Shown: positions 31,940 through 42,776 of the stretch, piece after piece
How the letters are laid out: each line of letters opens with the position of its first letter
Position numbering within the stretch: the stretch's first letter is position 1
Assembly: GCA_965237955.1 (NCBI GenBank)
Contig: OZ250169.1
Location: forward strand, 480,001 to 544,000
Reading direction: 5' to 3'
Source: Candidatus Marinacidobacterales bacterium
GTDB lineage: Bacteria; Acidobacteriota; Vicinamibacteria; Marinacidobacterales; SMYC01
Length of the DNA stretch: 64,000 bases
Made by a program: the position numbers and the translations under genes
The notes under the pieces: model-generated
Told to the model about the DNA's origin: nothing
Seen by the model: only the letters and a program-made list of their open reading frames with translations
Database searches by the model: none

Positions 31940-33580
31940 ATGACGATGATCGCGCTACGATTTCCAGGAGGACGCTATCACGCGACCCCGTGGGGTCGGC
32001 ATGTCAACGAAGGCGCCATCGAGTGGCCACCAAGCCCCTGGCGAGTGCTTCGCGCCCTGGTGGCGACGGGCTTCTCGAAGCTTGCTTGGCAAGCGGTGCC
32101 CGATGATGCGTGCTCCCTGATTACGCACCTCGCTACCGAGCCTCCGAGTTTTCGACTTCCTGCAGGCGAGGTCTCCCACACGCGCCATTACATGCCCGTG
32201 ATCGAAGGACGGAAGCAGACCACGACCAAGGTCATCGATACCTTTGTGCGGTTAGACGCAGGTGAGGAGCTTCTCATCCATTTTCCTAGCGAGTTGCCGT
32301 CCGACGAGCTGGAACTTCTCGAGAGCCTAGTCTCAAGCCTCGGATACTTCGGCCGAGCCGAGAGCTGGGTTGAAGGACGCTTGGCTGACGACGTGATTCC
32401 CGATGCAACGTGGTGCGTCGCTCGCCAGAATGGCTCATCATCGTTGCCTGACCTAGGCGGCGGCGACGTAGCTCTCCTCGCTCCGGTTTCGGCATCGGAA
32501 TATGACTCCTGGCGAAGCGCGGCGAGCGAACAAGCTAAGAGAGCGGCGTTCGCAAGCGTTCGGGCTGCCGCTGCGGCAAAGCACAAGCAGGCCACCAAGA
32601 CGCAGCTTGCCCAGGCAGAAGCGAAAATCATGGCACTGTACCCAGACGACCTACTCGGCTGCCTGCTCCAGGAGACCGCCGACTTGCAGCAGCAAGGTTG
32701 GAGTCAGCCACCCGGTTCTCAGCAGATCCTGTATCGCCGGCCGGCAGGAACACTCGAGCGCCGGCCGCGACATCAAGCCTTTCATCCACGCTCCAGGCCT
32801 TCCGTTCAGGCCGCGTTGCTGGCCCTCACTTCGGATACGAAACGCGGTGATGTCCTTCCATTGTTCACGCGCTGCCTGCCGCAGGCTGAGCTGCTTCACC
32901 AGTCGCTGGTCAGCCTGCTCGGCGACGAGGCCTCGATGTGCTCCGTCCTTTCCGGCCGAGATCCAACCGAGGGCGGCCGTCTAACTGGTCACCAACACGC
33001 TCACTATCTGCCTTTGGATCTGGACGAGGACGGTCGCCTCGACCACGTCATCGTTCACGCGCCCATGGGGCTTGACGAGCGTGCTCAAGCAGCGATCGGA
33101 CGCTTGCGGCGAACCTGGACTAAGGGTGGCGACAAGGATATCTTCGTTGCATGCGTTGGAATGGCCGACCTGTCGCAAGTCGCCGCGCAGTTGCGCCGGC
33201 GTTCAGGCAGATCCCTTTCGGAGTTGTCGACATCCCACCGCTGGAGCAGCATCACGCCCTTCGTTCCACCGCGACATCTCAAAAAGCGGAACCACAGTCT
33301 GGAAGATCAGATTCGCGCAGAGCTCGAAAGCAGAAGTCTGCCACCGCCGCAGCTCATTGACACGTTCAGCAGGAAAGAGCTGATTGAGAAGAAGCTGTTG
33401 CGCTTTGTCCGTACGCGCCGCGGCGAGAAACCCCAGCCCCCCGCGCACCGAGCGTTCGGTATTCGGCTAGTCTTCGACGAATCCATTTCTGGGCCGATCA
33501 CTCTCGGCTACGCCAGCCACTACGGACTCGGCCTGTTCGCGGCCGAACACGGTGGCGCGGGTTCCAACCGCGTACGCTAA
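31940..33580 (+). CDS. csb2: Type I-G Cas5/Cas6 fusion Csb2
   Basis: GRYHATPWG...EWPPSPWR, YFGRAES, HQHAHY, GPITLGYASHYGLGLF. Confidence 0.95.
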   Translation: MTMIALRFPGGRYHATPWGRHVNEGAIEWPPSPWRVLRALVATGFSKLAWQAVPDDACSLITHLATEPPSFRLPAGEVSHTRHYMPVIEGRKQTTTKVIDTFVRLDAGEELLIHFPSELPSDELELLESLVSSLGYFGRAESWVEGRLADDVIPDATWCVARQNGSSSLPDLGGGDVALLAPVSASEYDSWRSAASEQAKRAAFASVRAAAAAKHKQATKTQLAQAEAKIMALYPDDLLGCLLQETADLQQQGWSQPPGSQQILYRRPAGTLERRPRHQAFHPRSRPSVQAALLALTSDTKRGDVLPLFTRCLPQAELLHQSLVSLLGDEASMCSVLSGRDPTEGGRLTGHQHAHYLPLDLDEDGRLDHVIVHAPMGLDERAQAAIGRLRRTWTKGGDKDIFVACVGMADLSQVAAQLRRRSGRSLSELSTSHRWSSITPFVPPRHLKKRNHSLEDQIRAELESRSLPPPQLIDTFSRKELIEKKLLRFVRTRRGEKPQPPAHRAFGIRLVFDESISGPITLGYASHYGLGLFAAEHGGAGSNRVR

Positions 33581-33591
33581 ACGGGGCTATT

Positions 33592-35313
33592 GTGGATGAC
33601 GGGTCACGCGCGGAAGATTTCCTCCCCGTGCGCATGCTCAACGAGTTCGCCTACTGTCCCCGGCTTTTTCACCTGATGCACGTGGAAGGCCGTTGGGCCG
33701 ACAACGTCTATACCGTCGAGGGGAAACAAGCTCACCGGCGAGTGGACAAACTCGACCACGTCTTACCCGATCCAGAAGCCAGCCTCTCTAATCAGCCCGA
33801 CGTTTCTTCTGTTACCGCTAGATTTGATGACGACGAACCACCCACCGTGACTCGTTCGGTACCGCTCTCCTCGGATCGTCTTCGTATCACAGCCAAGCTC
33901 GACTTGGTTTCCAGCGACGGGCGTGAGGCTGTGCCCGTCGAAACGAAGCGCGGGCGCGTGCCCAACAACGATCACCGTTCGTGGGAGCCGGAGCGCGTAC
34001 AGCTGATGGCACAGGGGCTGCTCTTGCGCGAACACGGCTACCAGTGCGACCACGGATTGCTCTATTTCTCAGGCTCCAGAACACGCGTCGACGTGCCGTT
34101 CACCACCGAGCTTGAAGCGCTGACGCTGTCGTTAATCGAGGAGGCGCGCCAGTCCGCATATCGAGAGAAACTGCCTCCCCCTCTCGAAGATAGTCCTAAG
34201 TGCATTGGATGTTCCCTCAATGGAATCTGCCTGCCGGATGAGACGCTCGCACTTCAGCAAGTCCCTGCGGATCCCATAGCACCGGCCGTACGCCGACTGT
34301 ATCCGGCCCGCGATGACGCCGTTCCACTGTATGTACAGGAGCAGGGAGCGAAGGTCGGAAAAACCGCAGAGAACTTGATCATCCGCAAGGGCAAGGACAA
34401 CCTGGCCTCCGCCCGCCTCAAAGACGTGAGCCAGCTCGTATTGTGCGGGAACGTAGGCGTCAGCGCCCAAACCATTCATCTTCTCTCTGAAGCGGGCGTT
34501 CCTATCGTTCACCTATCTTCGGGGCACTGGTTCCATGCAATCACATATGGTATCGGGCTTCGCAATGCCTATGATCGCGCTGCGCAATTTGCGGCTGCGG
34601 CCCAACCGAACAGGTGTCTGAGCTTCGCAAAAGCGGTCGTTGCCGCGAAAGGGTCGAATCAACGCACGATGCTGAGACGTAACGGAACCGTCACCGATCG
34701 TACGCTTCGTGAAATGCAGGAATTGATCAAGAGCACGGCTCGGGTTCAGAGTGTGGAACAATTGCTTGGTCTCGAAGGCAGCCTCGCAGCACACTATTTT
34801 CGGCACTTCGATGGCATGCTCCGACCACGGGACTTCGATGCGGTGTGGGACTTCGCGAGCCGAAATCGGCGCCCGCCGAAGGACCCCGTCAATGCGCTGC
34901 TTTCCTTTGGCTACGCCCTACTGACCAAGGAGTGCACGGTGGCCCTCTTGGCTGAAGGTTTGGACCCGTGGTGGGGCTTCTATCACCGACCTCGACATGG
35001 ACGCCCAGCCCTCGCATTGGATTTGATGGAGCCACTGCGCCCTTTGATCGCGGACTCCGCCGTCGTGAGTGCCGTGAACACCGGAATGTTAAAGGCCAAG
35101 GATTTCACGACGAGCAGGGCCGGATGCATGCTCAATCCAATCGCGCGCAAGGCCATGATCCAAGCCTATGAATCCCGGCTCGACCAGGTGGTTACTCATC
35201 CGGTGTTCGGCTATCGCTGCTCGTGGCGGAGCATGATTCGAGTTCACGCCCGATTGCTGGCACGTTGGTTGCGGGGAGACGTGCCCAGCTATCAAAGCAT
35301 CGTCACCCGCTGA
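33592..35313 (+). CDS. cas1: Cas4-Cas1 fusion
   Basis: Cas4 YCPR...VETKRG...PKCIGCSL...CLP; Cas1 LGLEG, RNRRPPKDPVNALLSFGY, LALDLMEP. Confidence 0.95.
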   Translation: MDDGSRAEDFLPVRMLNEFAYCPRLFHLMHVEGRWADNVYTVEGKQAHRRVDKLDHVLPDPEASLSNQPDVSSVTARFDDDEPPTVTRSVPLSSDRLRITAKLDLVSSDGREAVPVETKRGRVPNNDHRSWEPERVQLMAQGLLLREHGYQCDHGLLYFSGSRTRVDVPFTTELEALTLSLIEEARQSAYREKLPPPLEDSPKCIGCSLNGICLPDETLALQQVPADPIAPAVRRLYPARDDAVPLYVQEQGAKVGKTAENLIIRKGKDNLASARLKDVSQLVLCGNVGVSAQTIHLLSEAGVPIVHLSSGHWFHAITYGIGLRNAYDRAAQFAAAAQPNRCLSFAKAVVAAKGSNQRTMLRRNGTVTDRTLREMQELIKSTARVQSVEQLLGLEGSLAAHYFRHFDGMLRPRDFDAVWDFASRNRRPPKDPVNALLSFGYALLTKECTVALLAEGLDPWWGFYHRPRHGRPALALDLMEPLRPLIADSAVVSAVNTGMLKAKDFTTSRAGCMLNPIARKAMIQAYESRLDQVVTHPVFGYRCSWRSMIRVHARLLARWLRGDVPSYQSIVTR

Positions 35314-35606
35314 TGACGAGCCGAAAACGGTACTTGGTCGCTTACGACGTCGCAGATGATAAGCGGCGCAACCAGGTCTTCAGAACGTTGTCTGGCTATG
35401 GGGACCGCGCACAATACAGCGTCTTTTTCTGCGAGGTGAATCCCCGCGAGCTGGCGGAGCTCCGCGGCAAGCTTCACCGGACCATCCATGATAGTGAGGA
35501 TCAGGTCATGATACTGAAGCTGGGTGCGGCCACACAACCGCTAGAAACAGATCTCCAATGTCTTGGAAAACCCTATCGACCGGCAACAACGGTATTCGTT
35601 GTATGA
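35313..35606 (+). CDS. cas2: Cas2
   Basis: YLVAYDVADDKRR...GYGDRAQYSVF. Confidence 0.95.
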   Translation: MTSRKRYLVAYDVADDKRRNQVFRTLSGYGDRAQYSVFFCEVNPRELAELRGKLHRTIHDSEDQVMILKLGAATQPLETDLQCLGKPYRPATTVFVV

Positions 35607-35776
35607 TTCGAGTGGCGGAGTGGTGCCCGAGTGCCCGCCGCCGCTCGTGCTCTTTGACAACTAGAGGTTTAAGCCATGACGACGCGGCCCACGAGCCAGT
35701 GCGAGCGCGTGCATACAACGACCTCTCGATAACAAGCGAAAAAGCCTTTATTTCGCAAAGAGTTGTCGAGCGGTCT
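35607..35776 (+). promoter_or_regulatory. CRISPR leader
   Basis: Non-coding, with an A/T-richer proximal part, between cas2 and the first repeat. Confidence 0.7.
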
Positions 35777-38700
35777 GTTTCCGCGTTCATGAGAACGCGG
35801 CCCCATTGAAGCCTGTGGCGCTGGGAACCGTCCAATCATCCGCGACGGGTTTCCGCGTTCATGAGAACGCGGCCCCATTGAAGCGACCGCAACGCCGTCG
35901 CGATCCCAAATGTCACCGTCGGGTTTCCGCGTTCATGAGAACGCGGCCCCATTGAAGCGTTACTGTGACCGTTGTGTGAGTTTGAGACAAGAGAAGTTTC
36001 CGCGTTCATGAGAACGCGGCCCCATTGAAGCGGCTTCGGTTTAGGTTTCGGCGATGGCGTCGGGACAGTTTCCGCGTTCATGAGAACGCGGCCCCATTGA
36101 AGCAGCGCGGCCTGGTAAGCCTCAGCCATGGCCTTAGCGTTTCCGCGTTCATGAGAACGCGGCCCCATTGAAGCCCCTAGGAGTATGTGACATCACCGGT
36201 CGGCATAAACGTGTTTCCGCGTTCATGAGAACGCGGCCCCATTGAAGCCCACGCTGTCCGCATCGCCTCATGCCACTCGGGACACGTTTCCGCGTTCATG
36301 AGAACGCGGCCCCATTGAAGCCATGCTGAGTTCCGGCGCGCCTCGTCCACAGGCAGCGTTTCCGCGTTCATGAGAACGCGGCCCCATTGAAGCCTGCACG
36401 TCCGCTGCTTGCCCCCGAGCCGTCTTGAGGTTTCCGCGTTCATGAGAACGCGGCCCCATTGAAGCACGACGTGATCGCCTTTGAAGGTGATCGCAGCGTT
36501 GTCGTTTCCGCGTTCATGAGAACGCGGCCCCATTGAAGCAGATCTGCCACCACGGGCCACGCGCCCATCTGAGCGAGTTTCCGCGTTCATGAGAACGCGG
36601 CCCCATTGAAGCTTAAGCACAAAGTTGACGGTCGCGATCCCACCACTCGTGTTTCCGCGTTCATGAGAACGCGGCCCCATTGAAGCTGAACCAATACAGG
36701 TAGACCCCTCGCCCCCCAATCGGGTTTCCGCGTTCATGAGAACGCGGCCCCATTGAAGCTCTGAACCGGCGCCTCTTTCGGTTTCGCCAATCTCGTTTCC
36801 GCGTTCATGAGAACGCGGCCCCATTGAAGCGGGGACAATAGGAGTAATGGTGGGAAGGCCCCGAAACGTTTCCGCGTTCATGAGAACGCGGCCCCATTGA
36901 AGCGAGCTTCGCGCGAGCGTCCACAGCCGAAACCATTTCCGTTTCCGCGTTCATGAGAACGCGGCCCCATTGAAGCCATTTTCGCGTTTACGTAGAGAGA
37001 GCCCCCCGCACGGTTTCCGCGTTCATGAGAACGCGGCCCCATTGAAGCGTATTCGTCGCCATATAGACGATCCCTAACCTGGTCGTTTCCGCGTTCATGA
37101 GAACGCGGCCCCATTGAAGCGCGCGGTAGCGCCCGCCGATATCGGCGCCGCAGTCGGGTTTCCGCGTTCATGAGAACGCGGCCCCATTGAAGCGCAATCG
37201 CCGCCTCAGGTGTCCCCTTGTTGTCCTTGTTTCCGCGTTCATGAGAACGCGGCCCCATTGAAGCTCGCCGTGCGCGCGCCGCACTCCATTGACGGCGCTC
37301 GTTTCCGCGTTCATGAGAACGCGGCCCCATTGAAGCATGACGGCCTCAATGTAGCCCGGCACATCCCTCCACGTTTCCGCGTTCATGAGAACGCGGCCCC
37401 ATTGAAGCGCGGTAGCTGAACCTCGACGCGCTCCGAGATAAGCTGTTTCCGCGTTCATGAGAACGCGGCCCCATTGAAGCCTCGACTTCCCCATCCGGGC
37501 GGCGATGGCTCGCGGGTTTCCGCGTTCATGAGAACGCGGCCCCATTGAAGCGACGCCGTCTACGTACAGCGCGATTGGCTTCCTGACGTTTCCGCGTTCA
37601 TGAGAACGCGGCCCCATTGAAGCCTGACTCCCGACGGTTTGCCGAAGTGTGAGCGTGTTGGTTTCCGCGTTCATGAGAACGCGGCCCCATTGAAGCAAGA
37701 TGGAGGACGTCTCCGCAACGGGGATGCCCATCATGTTTCCGCGTTCATGAGAACGCGGCCCCATTGAAGCGTGCCGCCTCGAGCGATAGGGAGTTGGCCG
37801 GTAGGATGTTTCCGCGTTCATGAGAACGCGGCCCCATTGAAGCGACGCCTCGCACGATGTCGCACGCCGAGCCGTTGACGTTTCCGCGTTCATGAGAACG
37901 CGGCCCCATTGAAGCACCTTGCCCCTTGCTTTAAGCTTGGTCAGCACCGCGTGTTTCCGCGTTCATGAGAACGCGGCCCCATTGAAGCCGGACGTGCAAG
38001 CGGTGCGAGGCCGATGACCAGCAGGTTTCCGCGTTCATGAGAACGCGGCCCCATTGAAGCCGTTCCAGGTGACGGGACAGCACGACGGAGGAGGCCGGTT
38101 TCCGCGTTCATGAGAACGCGGCCCCATTGAAGCCTGGCCCAGTTCGGCCCAGGAGAGATAATCGCGTTTGTTTCCGCGTTCATGAGAACGCGGCCCCATT
38201 GAAGCCTGTCGTAACCATCGACGACCCGGCGAAGGCACAGGCCTAGTTTCCGCGTTCATGAGAACGCGGCCCCATTGAAGCAGGAGAATCAGGCGCACCT
38301 GCACCCACATGCTCGCCATGTTTCCGCGTTCATGAGAACGCGGCCCCATTGAAGCGTGTCTAGCTTATTGGGGTACGCTGCGCCAATTAGGTTTCCGCGT
38401 TCATGAGAACGCGGCCCCATTGAAGCCAGCTCTCCCGCCGTCGCAAGTGCAAGAGTTGACGGCGTTTCCGCGTTCATGAGAACGCGGCCCCATTGAAGCA
38501 AGATCAGCACAGTCTCGACGCCGCGACCAGAGAGGCGTTTCCGCGTTCATGAGAACGCGGCCCCATTGAAGCGGCTCGCCAGCTAGGAGGAACGTTAGGA
38601 TGAAATTCGTTTCCGCGTTCATGAGAACGCGGCCCCATTGAAGCTGGCCCGAAGAGCTACTAGTCAGAGTAGGTGGAGACCCGTTTCCGCGTTCATGAGA

Positions 38701-40264
38701 ACGCGGCCCCATTGAAGCCCCAAGCCCATCTCGTCTCCCAGGAGCGTGCCGTCCCGTTTCCGCGTTCATGAGAACGCGGCCCCATTGAAGCTGCTCCCTG
38801 ACAGCGGCCCTGCTAGAAAGCACAGAAGTTTCCGCGTTCATGAGAACGCGGCCCCATTGAAGCCGAACGCGCGTCGGACGTCGAGGTGCAGCTCGAGGAG
38901 GTTTCCGCGTTCATGAGAACGCGGCCCCATTGAAGCCGGTCCGTGGGGCTCGCGGATGAGTGAATCGAGAGAAAAGTTTCCGCGTTCATGAGAACGCGGC
39001 CCCATTGAAGCGTGGCAGCCTCTCTCAGCTTTGTGGCAGCCTTTCTCAGCTGTTTCCGCGTTCATGAGAACGCGGCCCCATTGAAGCGGACCGGAACTGC
39101 GGTTTCATACCGAGGGTTTAACCCCGTTTCCGCGTTCATGAGAACGCGGCCCCATTGAAGCGACTTTGAGATGCGCTCGAGTACGGGGGAGCGCATCGCG
39201 TTTCCGCGTTCATGAGAACGCGGCCCCATTGAAGCGAGCTGGTAGACCTTTCCGGCCGTCAACTCCCCTGGCAGGTTTCCGCGTTCATGAGAACGCGGCC
39301 CCATTGAAGCGTCACGGCTCATAGATCCGCAGATCAAAGACTCCGGTTTCCGCGTTCATGAGAACGCGGCCCCATTGAAGCATGAAGCGAGACCCCAATC
39401 AGTCTCAGCTGCATCCGTGTTTCCGCGTTCATGAGAACGCGGCCCCATTGAAGCGCGGCGCTCAGCTTCCCCTCCATGCCTCGGATGATGTCGGGTTTCC
39501 GCGTTCATGAGAACGCGGCCCCATTGAAGCCGGACGTGTCAGCGGTGCGAGGCCGATGACCGGCAGGTTTCCGCGTTCATGAGAACGCGGCCCCATTGAA
39601 GCATTACGACGCCTCAAGCCCGATGCTCCGAGAGTTTCGTGTTTCCGCGTTCATGAGAACGCGGCCCCATTGAAGCGGTTTCACACGACACTCGCGCGCT
39701 TGGAGTCCGGTGAGTTTCCGCGTTCATGAGAACGCGGCCCCATTGAAGCCTTCCCTGTGACGCTATCCCAGGAGTCCGCCACAGAGGTTTCCGCGTTCAT
39801 GAGAACGCGGCCCCCCATTGAAGCTAGTCCCACATCGCTGTACGCGGCCATCTGAGAGCCGTTTCCGCGTTCATGAGAACGCGGCCCCATTGAAGCCCTT
39901 GAGCGAGGCTTTCGCCATCTTCATCTGAATCCCGTTTCCGCGTTCATGAGAACGCGGCCCCATTGAAGCCCGCCCGAGTGGGACGCCTGCGCGCCTACGG
40001 GAACGCCATGTTTCCGCGTTCATGAGAACGCGGCCCCATTGAAGCGTGCCGGCGCATTGCCATGTCGATCGCGTCGTTCACGTTTCCGCGTTCATGAGAA
40101 CGCGGCCCCATTGAAGCATCGTGAAGCTGTCGCCGTTGGCAATCGTCGAGGCGGGGTTTCCGCGTTCATGAGAACGCGGCCCCATTGAAGCTTGAAAGGA
40201 GCAAAAGGATGGAAGATGAACGGTTAGAGTTTCCGCGTTCATGAGAACGCGGCCCCATTGAAGC
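35777..40264 (+). CRISPR. CRISPR array, 62 repeats and 61 spacers (counted by eye)
   Basis: 36-bp repeat GTTTCCGCGTTCATGAGAACGCGGCCCCATTGAAGC with hairpin CCGCGTTC/GAACGCGG; spacers 35-40 bp; one repeat (39787) has two extra C. Confidence 0.98.
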
Positions 40265-40293
40265 GGGTTTGGAAGCAAACCTAGTCACCGAAC

Positions 40294-40336
40294 CCCGTCC
40301 TGTGCCAAAACTCGGCCCTTTTGAAATAGACCATAA
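40294..40336 (+). repeat. Family-A element end truncating the array
   Basis: CCCGTCCTGTGCCAAAACTCGGCCCTTTTGAAATAGACCATAAA 29 bp after the last repeat. Confidence 0.9.
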
Positions 40337-40480
40337 AGATCGCGAAGCGTGCCCCAATCGTCGAGGGCAAGCTGGACGTGACGAAGATCGAGGCCATCGA
40401 CTTGGATAATCTGGCGCGGAAGTTTCGGACACAACGGATTATCTTTAAAACCGCGCGGGAACGTTTACGACCAAATGCAG
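40337..40480 (+). pseudogene. Fragment of a second type III Res subunit
   Basis: APIVEGKLDVTKIEAIDLDNLARKFRTQRIIFKTAR / NVYDQMQ (frameshift). Confidence 0.5.
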
Positions 40481-40518
40481 GAGAGCTGGCGTCGGCAGGC
40501 AGAAAGTAGCCGCCCGCG

Positions 40519-40866
40519 TCATTCCGGAAGGCCGCGTCGTACTCGGTAGCGGCTGACACTGGGGCGCGTTCGCGAGTCCGCGCGGGCTCGGTCCAGCACC
40601 TGGCCCCAGTCCTGCTTCCGCTGCGGTCGATCGTCCACCGTGTGGTCCTCCATCCCCTGGCGGTCCGACGCCGCATCCCATGCCGCTGCCCGGGCACGCC
40701 AAGCCCCACGATTCGCCCAGCCCTTCCAAGTGTTCAGGCTAGGTGAAAGCTCCGCAGCCGCCGCAGCCGCCGCCCGCAACGTACGGTTCGGGCCCATACT
40801 ACGATAGACGATGAACGCCGCCCACGCCTTCGCACTCTCACCATCTTGTTGATCCCACATATCCAT
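40519..40866 (-). CDS. Phage small-terminase-like protein (C-terminus probably not native)
   Basis: WDQQDGESAKAWAAFIVYRSMG..RTL...W..WA....W.ARAAAWD. Confidence 0.55.
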   Translation of the reverse strand: MDMWDQQDGESAKAWAAFIVYRSMGPNRTLRAAAAAAAELSPSLNTWKGWANRGAWRARAAAWDAASDRQGMEDHTVDDRPQRKQDWGQVLDRARADSRTRPSVSRYRVRRGLPE

Positions 40867-41389
40867 GTGGCGAGTATAAGCCCACGCGTCGCGAGCGAGA
40901 AGTTAACTTCAGAGTGATTGGTACGCTAGTGTCAGTTGGCCTGCCCGTGTCGGCGAACGCCATAAAGAAGGATGTCGGCGTGCACACGAAGATGTCCCTG
41001 AATGTCAGGCACCACGTGGTCAGCGCAGCCGGCATCGCCGAAAGAACTGCGTCTCTCGAAATCAGGCTCAACCTCTAGCACGAGAACGGGTTACGCGGCG
41101 GCTACCAACACTTAATTTCGGAAGCACCGGTTTTCGTCTCTAATCTCGATTTTCGAGTGCCACGTTCGCGCCAAAGGGGGGAGCGGGCCGCTGACAGGGC
41201 CGTGCAGCGTCGGAAAAGAAGCCATCCGGGAGGCCCAGAATCGAGCTCGGGGCTACCGCGGCGTAGCTGGCCTAGCCCGTTCTGGTCCAGGTGCGGCCCT
41301 GGCCTTATTGATATCCATCTTTCCCCAGGACCTGGGTCCAAATCTTCGCCCGGGAGCGTGACATCCCGTTTCTGGACGTTGTTTCCCTG

Positions 41390-41590
41390 AGCACTTGAAG
41401 GAGGACAAGGTATTGATCGAAAGGTGGCGGCAAGAGTTCAATCGCTTCAGACCCCACAGCTCGTTAGGTTACCGACCGCAGCGCCGGAAACGATTCGGTT
41501 GAAACCGGCTCCGCTCCGCCGGCTTCAACCAGCCATTGTCAGCACCGAATGACTGAGATACAACGTGGTGCTAACCGTGGGGTCAGGTCA
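41390..41590 (+). mobile_element. IS3-family 3' remnant
   Basis: KVLIERWRQEFNRFRPHSSLGYRP; end GGGGTCAGGTCA. Confidence 0.75.
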
Positions 41591-41619
41591 CCTTTCACGG
41601 ACAGGAGGACAACTCCTGA

Positions 41620-42141
41620 GTGAAACCCAGAGAATCCCTGAAAGAGAACACTTCCGGCGTGTTAAGACTCTTCGTCTACGGCACGCTCAAGCGCGGGTAC
41701 TGGAACCACGACCCCTTCTGCCGAGGCGTGCTGGCGATCCAGGAGGCCCAAGTTCGGGGCCGCCTCTTCGAAGGGCCCGGCTTCCCCGTTCTTGAGGTGC
41801 CCGACGAGGACATCCTCGCTCACGGAACTGGAGACCCCCTAGCCGACATGGGCACACAGGCGCGCCTGTCCGGGCAGTGGCGTCCCCGACCGGTCTCCGA
41901 AAGCACCACAGTGGGCGCATGGGGCACCGTGTACGGGGAGCTGCTCACCTTCGACGACCCACAATCCCGCCTGTCTGCCATCGACCACCTGGAGGGCTTC
42001 CGTCCAGGCGGTTCCAGCTTGTACCGCCGTGTGCTGGTGCCCGCCACGGTCCACGGAATCCGGGAACTCGCCTGGGTCTATACGGTCGAGGCGACCCGCA
42101 TCAAACGGCGCCGGATCGTATCCGGCTGCTGGCCGAAGTAA
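41620..42141 (+). CDS. Gamma-glutamylcyclotransferase (AIG2-like) family protein
   Basis: LFVYGTLKRG...VYGEL...IDHLEG...LYRRV...AWVY; RBS GGAGG. Confidence 0.85.
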   Translation: MKPRESLKENTSGVLRLFVYGTLKRGYWNHDPFCRGVLAIQEAQVRGRLFEGPGFPVLEVPDEDILAHGTGDPLADMGTQARLSGQWRPRPVSESTTVGAWGTVYGELLTFDDPQSRLSAIDHLEGFRPGGSSLYRRVLVPATVHGIRELAWVYTVEATRIKRRRIVSGCWPK

Positions 42142-42164
42142 CACACTCACTTGCCGACGGCATT

Positions 42165-42225
42165 CCCGTCCTGTGCCAAAACTCGCCCCTCTTGAAATAG
42201 ACCACAAATCAGCAGCTTAGACGCC
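42165..42225 (+). repeat. Family-A element end
   Basis: CCCGTCCTGTGCCAAAACTCGCCCCTCTTGAAATAG... Confidence 0.9.
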
Positions 42226-42337
42226 CTTGGAATCCGCCGACCCTTGGGCTGCGTGGCGAGCTACGGGCAGTGAACTTCGCACCCGGAAGTCCTTTATTAG
42301 ACTGGACTTTATCGAGCACAAGAGCGAACGTTCGGTG

Positions 42338-42775
42338 ATGCCGCAGGATACAGGGGTTGGCCGGAACGTCGTTTTGGACGGTTTGGACTTCGCCAGCTTA
42401 CGGCGGGTCTGGGAGCAGGCCTTCGGGGCTGCTCCCCCACGCTCGCTCTCTCGCGTTTTCATGCGCCGCGTTCTCTTGCACAAACGCCAGTGCCGGACCC
42501 ATGGCGGGCATTCGGCCACAACCCGGCGCGCTCTGGCTGCCATGGCGAACGGGACGCCAGGCAACGGCGCCGCCGCTCCCGCAGGATCCGTTTCCCCCGG
42601 TACCCATCTCGTCCGCGAGTGGAATGGCCGGACCTACCAGGTCGAGGTAATCGACAACGGCTATCGGTTCGATGGCAAAACCTATCCGTCCCTCACGGCC
42701 ATCACAAAGCGAATCACCGGCACCCACTGGTCTGGACCACGCTTTTTCGGTCTGACGCCCAAGCGCAAGGCCTAA
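42338..42775 (+). CDS. DUF2924 domain protein
   Basis: PGTHLVREWNGRTYQVEV...GKTYPSLTAI...ITGTHWSGPRFFGL. Confidence 0.88.
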   Translation: MPQDTGVGRNVVLDGLDFASLRRVWEQAFGAAPPRSLSRVFMRRVLLHKRQCRTHGGHSATTRRALAAMANGTPGNGAAAPAGSVSPGTHLVREWNGRTYQVEVIDNGYRFDGKTYPSLTAITKRITGTHWSGPRFFGLTPKRKA

Positions 42776-42776
42776 C

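Noticed and set aside
26048-35313. C-terminal HD domain in Cas3 and Cas4-Cas1 fusion as novelties
   Set aside because: Both are established features of subtype I-G.
39787-39824. Repeat variant with C6 instead of C4
   Set aside because: Homopolymer slippage or sequencing error; the hairpin stem is unaffected.
35813-40228. Self-targeting spacers against elements in this window
   Set aside because: No match noticed by eye; a proper alignment is needed, so absence is not established.
35669-40432. Long minus-strand ORFs across the CRISPR array
   Set aside because: Artefacts of the stop-poor repeat (MGPRSHERGN / LQWGRVLMNAET); not genes.
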